Positions 63,286-64,000 of a stretch of 64,000 nt of DNA are shown here, piece after piece. The DNA lies in contig DHON01000112.1 of assembly GCA_002409965.1 (NCBI GenBank), forward strand, positions 555 through 64,554, read 5' to 3'. Both the position numbers and the translations under genes were made by a program. The DNA comes from Firmicutes bacterium UBA5389 (GTDB lineage Bacteria > Bacillota > DTU025). The notes under the pieces are model-generated. The model was not told where the DNA came from, did no database searches, and saw only the letters and a program-made list of their open reading frames with translations. Position 1 is the first letter of the stretch, and each line of letters begins with the position of its first letter.

Positions 63286-64000
63286 ATGGCACACGACGAG
63301 TTGAACAAGATCAGAGTATCAGCCGGCACCGCGAGCGTCCTGGGGCTTTCGCCCATTGCGTCGTTCGACGAACCGACCTGCGCGTATATTATGGTAGGCG
63401 AACGATGCGCCCATGACTGCGCCTTCTGCGCCCAGGCGCGCGGCAGCGCGGCATCGGCCGACAAGCTCTCCAGAGTGACGTGGCCGGAGTTCGCAGCGGA
63501 TGACCTGGCCCGGGCCCTCGGCGCCGCGGCCGGCGCGGGCAGTGTGCAGAGGGCCTGCGCGCAGGTGGTGGGCTCGCCCGGGGCGTTCGCGAGATCGCTC
63601 GCCGCCGTGAAGTTGCTCCGAAGCGCGGCCGGGACGGATGTGCCTGTGAGCGTGTCGTACTCGGCCACGGCCAGAAGCCAGCAGGTCGCGGCGCTGATCG
63701 AAGCCGGCGCCGACAGGGTCGCCCTTCCCATAGATGCCTGCAACCAGCGACTATACCGCGAGATCAAGGGACACGACATGTCGCGGGCGCTCGATCTGAT
63801 AGGCGAGTGCGCGTCCCGCTTCCCCGGCCGCATCAGCACCCATCTCATAGCCGGACTGGGCGAAACCGAAGAGGAGATCATCTCGCTTGCGGCATCCATG
63901 CATCAGCAGGGCGTCGCCGTAGGCTTGTTCGCCTTCACTCCGCTCCGAGGCACTCGCCTGGCCTCGAGACGGCCCCCCGACCTGAACTCATATCGCCGGA
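63286..64000 (+). CDS. Radical SAM protein, LipS1/LipS2 (biotin-synthase-related) type; truncated by the window end
   Basis: Manual translation MAHDELNKIRVSAGTASVLG..CAHDCAFCAQAR..LSRVTWP..HLIAGLGETE..LFAFTP; not in the ORF track because there is no stop in the window. Confidence 0.8.
   Translation, partial: MAHDELNKIRVSAGTASVLGLSPIASFDEPTCAYIMVGERCAHDCAFCAQARGSAASADKLSRVTWPEFAADDLARALGAAAGAGSVQRACAQVVGSPGAFARSLAAVKLLRSAAGTDVPVSVSYSATARSQQVAALIEAGADRVALPIDACNQRLYREIKGHDMSRALDLIGECASRFPGRISTHLIAGLGETEEEIISLAASMHQQGVAVGLFAFTPLRGTRLASRRPPDLNSYRR

Overview
64-kb high-GC, gene-dense chromosomal segment of an anaerobic, spore-forming Firmicute (spoIIE-tilS-ftsH). It may be diderm, since one gene looks like an outer-membrane beta-barrel. 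Contents in order: a DeoR/DUF1537 kinase/PdxA2/TRAP acid-sugar catabolic operon that unusually also carries a FAD 2-hydroxyacid dehydrogenase and panB; an ArsR-CadA metal efflux pair with a perfect 12-2-12 operator; a glycerol utilisation operon with a GlpP-type leader; rsgA behind a long structured leader containing a short uORF and a terminator; a degenerate IolB; threonine aldolase; methylmalonyl-CoA decarboxylase (beta subunit lacks the normally essential Asp) convergent with mutase/MeaB/epimerase; copA divergent from a ferritin-like Pro/Cys/Met-repeat protein; histidine utilisation genes continuous with folP-folB-birA and split by an inverted Fur-CbiMQO cassette; and lpdA plus the glycine cleavage operon followed by a LipS1/LipS2-type radical SAM gene. 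I saw no rRNA, tRNA, CRISPR array or mobile element. Best candidates for something undescribed are the panB-containing acid-sugar pathway, the rsgA attenuator-like leader, the Asp-to-Asn MmdB and the atypical Fur-ECF metal transporter. All calls come from motif recognition by eye with no database searches. Several starts were moved from the ORF track to the codon with a visible RBS.
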